The translations under genes were made by a program, and so were the position numbers. The notes beneath the pieces are model-generated. The model was not told where the DNA came from, made no database searches, and saw nothing but the letters and a program-made list of their open reading frames with translations. DNA of 64,000 nucleotides, taken from NCBI GenBank assembly GCA_041678665.1, contig JBAYNU010000004.1:12863-76862 (forward strand), written 5' to 3'. Positions 30,074 through 40,150 of this stretch are shown here, piece after piece. How positions within the stretch are numbered: position 1 is the stretch's first letter; each line of letters starts with the position of its first letter. Source of the stretch: Candidatus Magasanikiibacteriota bacterium. Its GTDB lineage: Bacteria > Patescibacteriota > Patescibacteriia > Magasanikbacterales > GWA2-37-8.

Positions 30074-31228
30074 ATGTTAACTGTAATTATTTTTATTTTG
30101 GTTTTGGGTGTATTGGTTTTGGCGCATGAGTTTGGACATTTTATTGCCGCGCGTAAAAGTGGAATGAAGGTGGAAGAATTTGGGTTTGGTTTTCCGCCCC
30201 GCGCCTTGGGAGTGCGATTTTTGGATAACGGTAAACGAGAATGGATATGGGGAAACAAAGAATCCGAGGGGGAAAGAACTGTTTATTCCATTAATTGGTT
30301 GCCGATTGGCGGTTTTGTAAAAATTAAGGGTGAGAATGGCGAAGCCGTGGTTGATCAAGATAGTTTCATGAGTAAATCGGCTTGGAAAAAAACGATTGTG
30401 CTCGCGGCGGGAGTAGTGATGAATATTGTGCTCGCGGCGGTATTACTTTCAGTGGGATATATGATAGGTTTGCCGCAAACCACTGATGATATTTCGGATG
30501 GCACGGTGGTAAAAGACGCGCGGGTGGCGATACTCCAAGTAATAGAAGGTAAACCAGCGGCTCAAGCTGGCCTTAAAATGGGGGATGAAATAATAGGAAT
30601 TGACGCTATCAAAAATCCGCGTATCATTCAGATGCAGGAATATGTCGATCAAAATCGCGATAAAGAAATTATTTTTACGATTGCGCGCGGACAAAAGACT
30701 TTTGAGAAAAATATTATTCCCACTCTTAATTCTGATACCGGCAAAGGTGGAATTGGGGTGGCGATTGCGGAGGTGGGACTGGTAAAATATCCTTGGCATA
30801 AAGCAATTTATTATGGCGTCATTGCCACTGGGTCTTATTTATTAGCTATTGTTTTGGCTTTTTGGCAATTGATTGCCGGTTTATTTGTTGGCAAAGGTGC
30901 TGGTAGCGCCGTTACTGGTCCGGTGGGAATTGCGGTTATGACTGGGCAGGTAGCCCGTATGGGATGGGCGTATCTTATTCAGTTTACCGCGATGTTATCT
31001 TTGAATTTGGCGGTAATAAATATTTTGCCTTTACCGGCGCTTGATGGTGGTCGGATATTATTCACTTGGCTCGGCAAAATTTTTAAAAAACCGGTATTTA
31101 TGAAATTTGAACAGGCAGCGCATACGATTGGTTTTATGGCGCTTTTGGTCCTGATATTTGTAGTGACGGCCAAAGATTTATGGGGGTTTAAGTCCGTTTT
31201 CACAAATTTGTGGAGTAAGATTTTCTAA
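30074..31228 (+). CDS. rseP: RIP site-2 metalloprotease RseP-like (M50) with PDZ domain
   Basis: HEFGHFIAAR zinc motif in TM1, PDZ segment, LDGG motif in C-terminal TM. Confidence 0.85.
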   Translation: MLTVIIFILVLGVLVLAHEFGHFIAARKSGMKVEEFGFGFPPRALGVRFLDNGKREWIWGNKESEGERTVYSINWLPIGGFVKIKGENGEAVVDQDSFMSKSAWKKTIVLAAGVVMNIVLAAVLLSVGYMIGLPQTTDDISDGTVVKDARVAILQVIEGKPAAQAGLKMGDEIIGIDAIKNPRIIQMQEYVDQNRDKEIIFTIARGQKTFEKNIIPTLNSDTGKGGIGVAIAEVGLVKYPWHKAIYYGVIATGSYLLAIVLAFWQLIAGLFVGKGAGSAVTGPVGIAVMTGQVARMGWAYLIQFTAMLSLNLAVINILPLPALDGGRILFTWLGKIFKKPVFMKFEQAAHTIGFMALLVLIFVVTAKDLWGFKSVFTNLWSKIF

Positions 31229-31237
31229 TAATGTTAT

Positions 31238-32269
31238 ATGCAAAATCAATTGCACCAATTAAAAGAAGAGGCGCTACTCGCTATTAAAGCTGCCAAAGAT
31301 AAGGTTGATTTGGAAGAATTGGAAAATAAATTTTTGGGAAGAAAAAATGGAGAACTTACCAATTTGATGAAAGGGCTCAAAGATTTGGAAGTAGAAGCGC
31401 GTAAAATAGCGGGACAATTGGCCAACGATGTTAAAAATATGATCGAAGCGGCACTAAATGAAAAAAAGGGTGAGTTATCTAGCGGTGAGTGGGCGATGGA
31501 ATTGGAAAAGGAGCGTGTGGATGTGACGGCGCCGGCATTACCAGCAGTAGAGCGTGGGCATTTACATCCCATAACCCAAGTACTCGAAGAGATGAACGGA
31601 GTAGCACGAGCGATGGGCTTTATAGTGGAAGACGGTCCTGATCTGGATAGTGATTATTATTGTTTTGAAGCTTTAAATATTCCTACTACGCATCCGGCTC
31701 GCGATTCTCAAGACACTTTTTATATTAAAAATCACCCACAATGGTGCATGCGTCCGCATGTATCCAATATGCAGGTAAGATTAATGCAAAAATATGGGGC
31801 ACCCCTTCGAATTGCTTATCCCGGGAGAGTCTTCCGTAATGAAGCCACTGATGCTAGCCATGAACATACTTTCTATCAGTATGAATCTTTGGTGGTTGAT
31901 AAAGATATGAATATTGGGCATCTAATTGGTATAATAAAAGAATTATTGCGTGGTTTGTATCAGACCGATGTTGAAGTGCGTTTACGTCCCGGATTTTTTC
32001 CTTTTGTAGAGCCGGGCTTTGAAATGGATATGAAGTGTCTGATTTGTGGTGGCAAAGGTTGTGGTGCCTGTAAACATAGCGGCTGGGTGGAAACTTTAGG
32101 TTGTGGGCTTATTCATCCACGTGTGGTTGAAATTGCGGGTTTTGATCCCAAAGTTTGGCATGGCTTGGCTTTTGGTATGGGCTTGACGCGATTGGCTATG
32201 CAAAAATACGGCATTCATGATATTCGCTTGTTAATGGGTGGAGATTTACGATTTTTGAAACAATTTTAG
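31238..32269 (+). CDS. pheS: Phenylalanyl-tRNA synthetase alpha subunit
   Basis: Class II motifs, FRNEATDASHEHTFYQYE...GFGMGLTRLAM. Confidence 0.92.
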   Translation: MQNQLHQLKEEALLAIKAAKDKVDLEELENKFLGRKNGELTNLMKGLKDLEVEARKIAGQLANDVKNMIEAALNEKKGELSSGEWAMELEKERVDVTAPALPAVERGHLHPITQVLEEMNGVARAMGFIVEDGPDLDSDYYCFEALNIPTTHPARDSQDTFYIKNHPQWCMRPHVSNMQVRLMQKYGAPLRIAYPGRVFRNEATDASHEHTFYQYESLVVDKDMNIGHLIGIIKELLRGLYQTDVEVRLRPGFFPFVEPGFEMDMKCLICGGKGCGACKHSGWVETLGCGLIHPRVVEIAGFDPKVWHGLAFGMGLTRLAMQKYGIHDIRLLMGGDLRFLKQF

Positions 32270-32270
32270 T

Positions 32271-34733
32271 ATGTATATTTCCTATAATTGGCTAAAACAA
32301 TACATTAATTTACCTGATTCCATTAAGGCCGACGAGGTGGCGCGTAATTTGACGATGAGCACGGTAGAAGTAGAAAGTGTGCACCATAAAGGCAAGCATT
32401 TAGAAAATATTGTGGTAGGCAAAGTTTTGTTAGTCGAAAAACATCCTAATGCCGACAAACTTAAAGTTTGCGAGGTTGATGTGGGTACAGACAAATTAAA
32501 GATTGTCTGCGGCGGATCCAATGTTCGTGAAGGTATGCTTTGCGCGGTGGCCAAGTTGGGTGCCAAAGTGAAGTGGCATGGCGAGGGTGAGTCGATCGAA
32601 ATGAAGGAAGCGGAAATTCGCGGGGTAAAATCCTACGGCATGATTTGTGCGTCCACCGAAATTGGTTTGGGAGAAATGTTTCCGTTGAAAGAGGAAAAAG
32701 AGATTCTAGATTTAAGCGCTATGAAATTGGCAGTAGGCAAACCATTAGCTGAGGCGTTAAGTCTAAATGAAGTGGTGCTAGAGATTGACAATAAATCTAT
32801 GACCAACCGGCCCGATTTGTGGGGGCATTATGGCATGGCGCGCGAGGTAGCGGCGGTATTTAAAAAAGATTTAAAAAATTACGAGGTAAAAGATGTGTCA
32901 GCTGGCAGTACAGTAAAAATAAAAGTGAAAGTTGAAGACGAAAAATTGTGCCCGCGCTATATGGCAGTGGTAATTGAGGGGATAAAAATAGAACCGTCGC
33001 CAGCATGGCTCGCACAAAAAATTCATGCCATTGGTTTGCGTCCGATAAATAATATTGTCGATATTACCAACTATATAATGTATGATTTGGGCGAGCCGAT
33101 GCATGCGTTTGACGCTGCGCGTCTCAAAGGAATAAGGAGTAAGGATAAAGGAGTAAATATTTTAGTGAAACGGGCGAAAGACGGAGAAAAGTTTAGAACT
33201 CTTGATGGCGCGGAGCACCAGTTAGACTCAAGCATGCTCGTGATTGCAAATGATGAAAAGTCGGTGGCCTTGGCTGGTATTATGGGTGGAGAAGAGAGTG
33301 AAATTTCTAATGATACCACCACGATTATTTTTGAAGCTGCCAATTTTGATGCTGCCACTATTCGTAAAGCCTCGGTTAAGCTCGGTTTGCGTACCGATTC
33401 CTCGGCGCGTTTTGAGAAAGCACTTGATCCGAATTTATGTGAACAGGCGTTGGCCAAAGCGGTGGAGTTAACTTTGCAATTATGTACGGGCGCCAAGGTG
33501 GCAAGCAAGGTGGTAGACGATAAAAAATTTCATTTATATCAGGGGCCGATTGAACTACCTTGGGAATTTTTGTATAAGAAAATTGGCGTTCAGATAGATA
33601 AAAAAGAGGTGTTGGCGATTTTAGAAAGATTAGGTTTTGAATTAAAAGAAAAGAAAGATTGTTTGGTGGTAACAATACCGACTTGGCGTGCCACCAAAGA
33701 TATTTCCATTCCCGAAGATTTGGTAGAAGAAGTGGCGCGCATTTATGGCTACAATAATATTCCGGTCCAACTGCCGGTTTTCCCGATTACTCCACCCATT
33801 GCCAATAGCCAGCGTATTTTAGAATGGAAATTGCGCGATATCTTTTCACAGGGTTTGGGTTATAGCGAGGTTTATAATTATTCTTTTGTCTCTGGAAAAC
33901 AAATCAAAAATCTAGGTGATGACGCTGGTTTGTATTTAGAGTTGGATAATCCCATCTCTGATGAAAGGCCCTATTTACGTCGCCATATCGTCGGCGGGCT
34001 TATCGAAAATGTGGTTCAAAATATTGAGCGTTTTCCGACGGTGAAATTGTTTGAAATCGGCAAGAAGTTTACCGTCGAAGCCGCCGGTCCGCGCGCGCGT
34101 TTTAATGGCGATGAGCTTTTGCCTCAACAGGGTAATTGGCTGATTGCCATTTATGCCGACAAAAAAGACGCCAACCCATATTGGCAGATGCGCCAAGCCG
34201 CGCAATTAGTAGCCGATAATTTAAATTTGGAATTAAAATATCAGCCCAAGAAAAAATTGATGCCATGGCAACATCCTACGCGTTCGGCCGAATTGGTTTA
34301 TAAGGATAAGGTGATTGGTTTAGCGTCTGAAATAACACCTCAGATTGCTAAAAATTTTGGCTTAAGCGTGCGGGCGGGGATTTTGGGAATAAATATTGAT
34401 CAGCTGGTAGAGACGGGGGCTTTGAATGTTAGCCCTAATTATCAAATAATTTCTGCTTTCCCCGAAGTAATGCGCGATTTGGCTTTTGTGGTAAAAAAAT
34501 CCGTGACGCACGATGAGATTGTTTGGGCTCTGCACAACATTGATCATCTTCTGAAAAAAGTAGAATTATTTGATGTGTACGAGGGTGCCACTATCGGCGA
34601 TGAATACAAAAGTATGGCGTATCGTTTTACTTTTTCTCATACCGAACGGACTTTGAAAAGTGAAGAAGTGGATAAGGCGATGGAAAAAGTGCGCCAGGTG
34701 ATTGAAAAACTGGGGGGAGAAGTAAGGGTGTAA
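32271..34733 (+). CDS. pheT: Phenylalanyl-tRNA synthetase beta subunit
   Basis: tRNA-binding N-domain, B3/4, B5, FDX-ACB C-terminal domain; immediately after pheS. Confidence 0.92.
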   Translation: MYISYNWLKQYINLPDSIKADEVARNLTMSTVEVESVHHKGKHLENIVVGKVLLVEKHPNADKLKVCEVDVGTDKLKIVCGGSNVREGMLCAVAKLGAKVKWHGEGESIEMKEAEIRGVKSYGMICASTEIGLGEMFPLKEEKEILDLSAMKLAVGKPLAEALSLNEVVLEIDNKSMTNRPDLWGHYGMAREVAAVFKKDLKNYEVKDVSAGSTVKIKVKVEDEKLCPRYMAVVIEGIKIEPSPAWLAQKIHAIGLRPINNIVDITNYIMYDLGEPMHAFDAARLKGIRSKDKGVNILVKRAKDGEKFRTLDGAEHQLDSSMLVIANDEKSVALAGIMGGEESEISNDTTTIIFEAANFDAATIRKASVKLGLRTDSSARFEKALDPNLCEQALAKAVELTLQLCTGAKVASKVVDDKKFHLYQGPIELPWEFLYKKIGVQIDKKEVLAILERLGFELKEKKDCLVVTIPTWRATKDISIPEDLVEEVARIYGYNNIPVQLPVFPITPPIANSQRILEWKLRDIFSQGLGYSEVYNYSFVSGKQIKNLGDDAGLYLELDNPISDERPYLRRHIVGGLIENVVQNIERFPTVKLFEIGKKFTVEAAGPRARFNGDELLPQQGNWLIAIYADKKDANPYWQMRQAAQLVADNLNLELKYQPKKKLMPWQHPTRSAELVYKDKVIGLASEITPQIAKNFGLSVRAGILGINIDQLVETGALNVSPNYQIISAFPEVMRDLAFVVKKSVTHDEIVWALHNIDHLLKKVELFDVYEGATIGDEYKSMAYRFTFSHTERTLKSEEVDKAMEKVRQVIEKLGGEVRV

Positions 34734-34800
34734 ATTACAAATATTAAATTACAAATTCCAAATAAATCACAATTATCAAACAAATTGTTTTTTGAATTTT
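34733..34800. repeat. Repeat family B copy B3 (intergenic; AAATTACAAATTCCAAATAAAT followed by an inverted half)
   Basis: Sequence similarity to B1/B2. Confidence 0.5.
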
Positions 34801-34856
34801 ATATTTGTTATTTGGAGTTTATTTGATATTTTTTATTTGGTGCTTTTAGTGATTTG

Positions 34857-34865
34857 TGTTATAAT
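34857..34865 (+). promoter_or_regulatory. Extended -10 element TGtTATAAT upstream of the 34930 gene (GGGAGG RBS follows)
   Basis: Seen in the sequence. Confidence 0.45.
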
Positions 34866-34929
34866 ATAATCATCTTATAATTAATCTCATCATCCGCACC
34901 ATGCTTGCGGGGGATGGCAGGGAGGCAAT

Positions 34930-35316
34930 ATGTTTGAAAGTTCAAAGGATATACTTTATATAGTATTATCGTTTTGTATTTTGTGGGTAACGGTATTTTT
35001 ATGTTGGATGTTTTATTACGCCGGTAAGATTCTCAAAGATGCCAGTCGAATTGTAGAAGAATTTCGCATGCGCCTACAGCTTTTGACCGATGCCATTAAT
35101 TATATTCGCGGTAAAGTGGAAAATATTTCCGCCTTAATGACTTTGGCAACCCAAGGCGCCACCGGTTTGGTAAAAAAAGTGGTTGCCAAAAAAGCCAATG
35201 AGTGGATGAGTGATGCCGAAGATAAATTTGATAATAGCGCTAAGGACGCGGTGGATCGAGCGGTGGCGGCGACTGCCAAAAGTATAAAAAAAGCGGCAAA
35301 GAAGATTAAAAATTAA
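34930..35316 (+). CDS. Hypothetical protein with N-terminal TM helix
   Basis: GGGAGG RBS 7 nt upstream. Confidence 0.55.
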   Translation: MFESSKDILYIVLSFCILWVTVFLCWMFYYAGKILKDASRIVEEFRMRLQLLTDAINYIRGKVENISALMTLATQGATGLVKKVVAKKANEWMSDAEDKFDNSAKDAVDRAVAATAKSIKKAAKKIKN

Positions 35317-35326
35317 AGTATGTTTT

Positions 35327-35593
35327 ATGGAAAATGTCGACAGAGAAGGAGAAATGAAACAATTTACCGATGCGCTTTTTTCGTATGAAAAATATTACAG
35401 TGAATTGTTAAAAAAATATCCTCAAAAAGGCAACAATCCTTTAGATTTAGAAAAATTACCAACGAATGAGGCGGTTATTTTGGACCAGTATAATAAACGA
35501 GTAATTGAACTAAAAAGACAATTAGGTATCTCATTTAGCGATATGGATAAAATGAGGCACGAAGTGCAGGCTAAAATATTATCCGAATATTAG
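35327..35593 (+). CDS. Hypothetical small protein
   Basis: ORF in operon-like spacing; terminator hairpin ACCCGCCACAGTGGCGGGTTTTT at 35611-35633. Confidence 0.5.
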   Translation: MENVDREGEMKQFTDALFSYEKYYSELLKKYPQKGNNPLDLEKLPTNEAVILDQYNKRVIELKRQLGISFSDMDKMRHEVQAKILSEY

Positions 35594-35610
35594 TATAATT
35601 ATAAAGTGTA

Positions 35611-35633
35611 ACCCGCCACAGTGGCGGGTTTTT
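35611..35633 (+). terminator. Rho-independent terminator
   Basis: ACCCGCC-ACAG-TGGCGGGT + TTTT. Confidence 0.7.
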
Positions 35634-35684
35634 AGTATCTAAATAAGGGGTTGAAAAGAACGAGGGGATGAGGTAAGATAACCG

Positions 35685-35768
35685 AGCTGTTAGCTTGTAG
35701 CTTTGAGTTTTTAGGGGTATTATTTTGAATAATCTACAAGCTAAAAGCTATCAGCTATAAGCTAACAA
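35685..35768. repeat. Repeat family C copy C2
   Basis: gctgttagcttgtagctttgag...caagctaaaagctatcagctataagctaaca. Confidence 0.5.
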
Positions 35769-35769
35769 T

Positions 35770-38700
35770 ATGTCCGATTTTGTCCACCTACACGTCCACT
35801 CTCACTATTCATTGCTCGACGGTTTGTCTAAAATTGACGAGCTGGTAAAGACTGCGGGGAAGCGCGGTTTTTCGGCGTTGGCTTTGACTGACCACGGTAA
35901 CATGTATGGCGCGATTGAATTTTATCAGTGTTGTTTAAAAGAAGGTATTAAACCAATTATTGGCATGGAAGCTTATTTAGCTCCCGCATCAAGATTTGAT
36001 AAAGATCCTAAGAGCGATAAATATTATCATTTGGTATTGCTCGCGCTTAACGAAACCGGTTATCGTAATTTAATGAAGTTGGCGTCGCTTGCGCACTTGG
36101 AAGGTTTTTATTATAAACCCCGATTAGATAAAGAACTTTTACGCCAGTATCACGAGGGTTTGGTCGCTTCTACCGCTTGTATGCGTGGTGAGATTCCGTG
36201 GATTTTGCGCAAAGAAAATAATTATGAGAAAGCCAAAAAAGTAGCGCTTGAATATCAAGAAATTTTTGGCAAGGATAATTTTTATTTGGAATTAATGGAT
36301 TTGCCGGCACATGAAGGTCAAACCGAACTTAATTCTCAATTAGTTGAGTTATCCCAAGACACCGGTATTCCACTGATTGTTACGCGCGACGCGCATTATC
36401 TTAATTCCGAGGATGGTGAGGCGCAGGATATTCTTACTTGTATTCGCGATGGTCGCACCATTGACGAGCCCAATCGCCAAAGCATGCAAGGAGTGGATTT
36501 TTCTTTGTGTGCCAGCAAAGAAATTGCTACGCGTTTTAAACATATTCCCGAGGCCATGCTCAATACCGTCAAGATTGCGGAGCGGGTAGATTTAAAATTA
36601 GAATTAAACCAATGGCATTTTCCTTCAATTGAAATTCCGGATGGCCAAACCGCCGAACAATATTTGCGTGATTTAGTTTATGAAAAGCTGCCCAAATTGA
36701 TTGAAATAACCGATGAGGTAAAACAGCGCATTGAATATGAATTGGATGTAATTTTAAAAAAGGGCTATGCGCCATATTTTATTACTGTGGCCGATTACGT
36801 GCAGTATGCGCGTGACCATGACATCATTGAAACCACTCGTGGAAGCGGTGCTGGCTCAATTGTGTCTTATGCCCTGGGTATTACCACTGTTAACCCGTTA
36901 TATTTTAAATTACCGTTTGAGCGTTTTTTAAATCCGTTTCGTCCCAGCGCCCCTGATATTGATGCGGATTTTGCCGACGATCGGCGCGATGAAATGATTG
37001 CTTATGTTACCCAAAAATATGGCGCCGATAAAGTGGCGCAGATTATCACTTTTGGTACCATGATGGCCAGAGGCGCAGTACGCGATGTGGGTCGGGCGTT
37101 GGGATATAGTTATAGTTTATGCGATCAAGTCGCTAAGCTTATTCCTTTTGGCGCGCAGGGTTTCCACATGACTATCAAAAAAGCGATTGAATTGGAACCG
37201 GATTTGAAAAAACGTTATCAAGAAGATGAACAAATTAAACGTTTGTTGGATTTAGCGCAAAAAATTGAAGGCTGCGCGCGCCACACTTCCATTCACGCGG
37301 CCGGAGTGGTGATTTCTCCCACCCCGCTTACTGATTTTACGCCGGTGCAATACGAAACCGGCGGAGATAAAATTACCACGCAATACGAAATGCATGCGGT
37401 AGAGGCGGCCGGTATTTTGAAAATGGATTTTTTAGGCATTCGGAATTTGTCGATTTTGGGACACGCGGTGGAGATTGTGCAAAAAACCACCGGCACCAAA
37501 GTGGATATCATGCATTTGCCGTGGGATGATACCAAGACTTACGAAATGCTCGCCCGCGGTGAAACTATGGGCGTGTTTCAGCTTTCCGGCTCCGGTATGA
37601 CCCGGTATTTAAAAGAATTAAAACCCAGTTCAATTTTTGACATTATGGCCATTGTGGCCTTGTTTCGTCCGGGTCCGATGGAAAGCATTCCCGAATATAT
37701 TCAGCGCCGGCATCATCCCGAAATGATTGAATATTTGGATCCGCGGATGAAAGATTATTTGGACCAGTCACTCGGGTTGATTGTTTATCAGGACGATGTG
37801 CTCTTAACCGCCATTAATTTGGCCGGGTATAATTGGGAAGAGGCGGATAAATTTCGCAAAGCCATGGGTAAAAAAATTCCCGAAGAAATGGCGAAACAAA
37901 AAGAAAAGTTTTTTAAAGGTTGCCGTGAATTTGGCAAATTACCGGATTTAAAAATTCATCGTTTATGGGAATTGATTGAGCCGTTCGCCGCTTATGGTTT
38001 TGGTAAAGCGCACGCGTGCAGTTACGGTGTGGTGGCTTATCAGACGGCCTACATGAAAGCGAATTTTCCGGTGCAATATATGACCGCCGTTTTGATTGCC
38101 GAGTCGGGTGATATGGATAAAGTGCCGGAAATTATTGCCGAGTGTGAACGCATGGGGGTACGGGTGTTGCCTCCGGATGTAAACGAGAGTTTCAAAAATT
38201 TCGCGATGATTAGCGACGAGGTGGTGTCCACACCACAATTGTCATCCCGAGAGGAGTCGAGAGCCTGCCCTGAGCGACAGCCGAATGGGGATCCCTTTCC
38301 GCCAAAGGCGGACCCGCCTATGGCGGGAAACGACCACACCCGAGGGATTCCTCCGCTCGTTACACTCGGTCGGAATGACAGATCAGCGCATATCCGTTTT
38401 GGACTTAGCGGCGTCAAAAATGTCGGTGAACATATCGCCGATGTGATTTATCGCGAGCGCAAAGACAATGGCGCTTATAAAAGTTTGGAGGATTTGCTTA
38501 CGCGCGTAAAAGATAAAGATTTAAATAAAAAATCTTTGGAAAGTTTAATCAAATGTGGGGCTTTTGATTGTTTTGGTTATGATCGCGGACTGTTGGTGGC
38601 TAATATTGAAAATCTTTTAGCTTTTGTACATCATTCGCAGGAGCAGATGGATAGCAAACAAAATTCTTTGTTTGGGGGAATACTAAAAGGAGCCAACAAA

Positions 38701-39441
38701 GTGCGATTGGAAGCCGCGCCTGATGCCACTGAAAATGAAAAATTAACTTGGGAAAAGGAATTATTGGGTTTGTATGTAACCGCGCATCCGTTTGATTTTT
38801 TTCAAAAAACTATGGCAAGCGCTCTTACTCCGGTTAGAGATTTACCGCAGTGTCAGCCATCAAGTTGGGTAGTGGTAGGCGGGATAATTGATTCTACCAA
38901 GAAAAAAATTACGCGTAATGGCGCGCCGATGATGTTTGTGACTATTCAAGATTTATCCGGCAGTTTGGAACTTCTGGTTTTTCCGCGCACTTATGAGACC
39001 ACCAAAGATGTGTGGGTGGAAGGCAAAATGGTGTGTGTGGTAGGTAAGACCGGTGATGAAGGTGATAATAAGTTGTTTGTGGAAAAAGCGTATGAGTTAA
39101 CCAAGGAGAATGCGGCGACAATTGCCGGGCAGATGGCAATGTCGATGAGACCAACGCGAACAATTTCCAATCAAACCCCAATGACCAGTAACCAAGTTAA
39201 AAACAGCAATCGAACAGTTGAGTCATCGAGCAATGTAATGATGGTGAATGACGGGATTGAGATTTGTGTATCGCCGGCGAAAATCAAGACGCATTCCGAT
39301 GCCGTTAAGGCGGTGTTAGCAAAATATCCAGGCGAGATGCAGGTGTATATTGTGGTAGGTGATAAAAAAATCAAAACGCAGTATAAAGTCAGTGTAGATG
39401 AGGAATTTAAAAAAGAAATTATTTCGTTATTGTCATCTTGA
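35770..39441 (+). CDS. dnaE: DNA polymerase III alpha subunit
   Basis: PHP domain HLHVHSHYSLLDG, palm/fingers, OB fold. Contains a 141-bp in-frame family A insertion (A3); the stop codon lies inside A4. Confidence 0.92.
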   Translation: MSDFVHLHVHSHYSLLDGLSKIDELVKTAGKRGFSALALTDHGNMYGAIEFYQCCLKEGIKPIIGMEAYLAPASRFDKDPKSDKYYHLVLLALNETGYRNLMKLASLAHLEGFYYKPRLDKELLRQYHEGLVASTACMRGEIPWILRKENNYEKAKKVALEYQEIFGKDNFYLELMDLPAHEGQTELNSQLVELSQDTGIPLIVTRDAHYLNSEDGEAQDILTCIRDGRTIDEPNRQSMQGVDFSLCASKEIATRFKHIPEAMLNTVKIAERVDLKLELNQWHFPSIEIPDGQTAEQYLRDLVYEKLPKLIEITDEVKQRIEYELDVILKKGYAPYFITVADYVQYARDHDIIETTRGSGAGSIVSYALGITTVNPLYFKLPFERFLNPFRPSAPDIDADFADDRRDEMIAYVTQKYGADKVAQIITFGTMMARGAVRDVGRALGYSYSLCDQVAKLIPFGAQGFHMTIKKAIELEPDLKKRYQEDEQIKRLLDLAQKIEGCARHTSIHAAGVVISPTPLTDFTPVQYETGGDKITTQYEMHAVEAAGILKMDFLGIRNLSILGHAVEIVQKTTGTKVDIMHLPWDDTKTYEMLARGETMGVFQLSGSGMTRYLKELKPSSIFDIMAIVALFRPGPMESIPEYIQRRHHPEMIEYLDPRMKDYLDQSLGLIVYQDDVLLTAINLAGYNWEEADKFRKAMGKKIPEEMAKQKEKFFKGCREFGKLPDLKIHRLWELIEPFAAYGFGKAHACSYGVVAYQTAYMKANFPVQYMTAVLIAESGDMDKVPEIIAECERMGVRVLPPDVNESFKNFAMISDEVVSTPQLSSREESRACPERQPNGDPFPPKADPPMAGNDHTRGIPPLVTLGRNDRSAHIRFGLSGVKNVGEHIADVIYRERKDNGAYKSLEDLLTRVKDKDLNKKSLESLIKCGAFDCFGYDRGLLVANIENLLAFVHHSQEQMDSKQNSLFGGILKGANKVRLEAAPDATENEKLTWEKELLGLYVTAHPFDFFQKTMASALTPVRDLPQCQPSSWVVVGGIIDSTKKKITRNGAPMMFVTIQDLSGSLELLVFPRTYETTKDVWVEGKMVCVVGKTGDEGDNKLFVEKAYELTKENAATIAGQMAMSMRPTRTISNQTPMTSNQVKNSNRTVESSSNVMMVNDGIEICVSPAKIKTHSDAVKAVLAKYPGEMQVYIVVGDKKIKTQYKVSVDEEFKKEIISLLSS
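38241..38381. repeat. Repeat family A copy A3 (141 bp, inverted termini GTCATCCCGAG / CGGAATGACAG), in frame in dnaE
   Basis: Encodes LSSREESRACPERQPNGDPFPPKADPPMAGNDHTRGIPPLVTLGRNDRS, inserted just before the conserved IRFGLSGVKNVGE motif. Confidence 0.75.
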
Positions 39442-39478
39442 GCGGAGCCCCGCCAAGGCGGGGCGGAGTCGAAAGATC
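39432..39478. repeat. Repeat family A copy A4 (single arm GTCATCTTGAGCGGAG-CCCCGCCAAGGCGGGG-CGGAGTCGAAAGATC); contains the dnaE TGA stop
   Basis: Seen in the sequence. Confidence 0.65.
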
Positions 39479-39508
39479 TGCAAACAGAAAAAAATTTTGG
39501 GAATTTTG

Positions 39509-39533
39509 AAACGTCCAAATGGGCGTTTTTTTA
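39509..39533 (+). terminator. Terminator AAACGTCC-AAAT-GGGCGTTTTTTT (same stem sequence recurs at 63523)
   Basis: Seen in the sequence. Confidence 0.65.
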
Positions 39534-39642
39534 CAAAAAGAAAAGCCGTACTTGGGTGTACGGCTTACTGGTGGGAGTCATGACCGGAAATGAGCGGTTT
39601 TTTGATAGGGTGCTTAATTACGGCGGGACCGGTTTGCACCGG

Positions 39643-39909
39643 CTAACGAGACAGGTTTTTAATCCTGACGTTTTTTTTAAAACGCGGCTTTTTTCCCGCG
39701 TCCGTTTTTATTTTTATGGCGAACATGGCTATAAATGCCACGATTGCCACTACGATGCAGATTGTTTTTCCGATCCCCTGATAAGGATCGGGTATAATTG
39801 TTCTTACCGTCGGTGTCGGTAAGATGTCATACGCGGTTGCTGCCGCTAAAGCGGCAATCATTGCAATAACCGCGACTACCGCGGTCCAACTATCACTTTT
39901 TTTTTCCAT
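39643..39909 (-). CDS. Small hydrophobic membrane protein (88 aa, 2 TM)
   Basis: AAGGAG RBS 8 nt upstream on the minus strand; downstream hairpin AGCCGTAC..GTACGGCT + T-run (39541-39570) terminates it. Confidence 0.55.
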   Translation of the reverse strand: MEKKSDSWTAVVAVIAMIAALAAATAYDILPTPTVRTIIPDPYQGIGKTICIVVAIVAFIAMFAIKIKTDAGKKPRFKKNVRIKNLSR

Positions 39910-40068
39910 TTAAAATCTCCTTGCCATTTTATTATGGCCTATTTTGTTATTTTCTGAAAACGGAAAAAACCGCATAATTCACAGGTTTTTCCGTTTTCAG
40001 AAAGGGTAAAAAGAACTAAACTGACATTGCAGTATAGCACATTTTAGGAGTTTTGTCAAGGGGGGGTG

Positions 40069-40144
40069 ATGTCATCCCTTTGAAACCGGGGATCTCTTAT
40101 ACTACGAAAGTCGAAGGGATTCTTCGCTTCGTTCAGAATGACAT
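40069..40144 (-). repeat. Repeat family A copy A7 (reverse orientation), abutting the prs stop codon
   Basis: rc: GTCATTCTGAACGAAGCGAAGAATCCC...GGGATGACAT. Confidence 0.65.
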
Positions 40145-40150
40145 GTGGTG

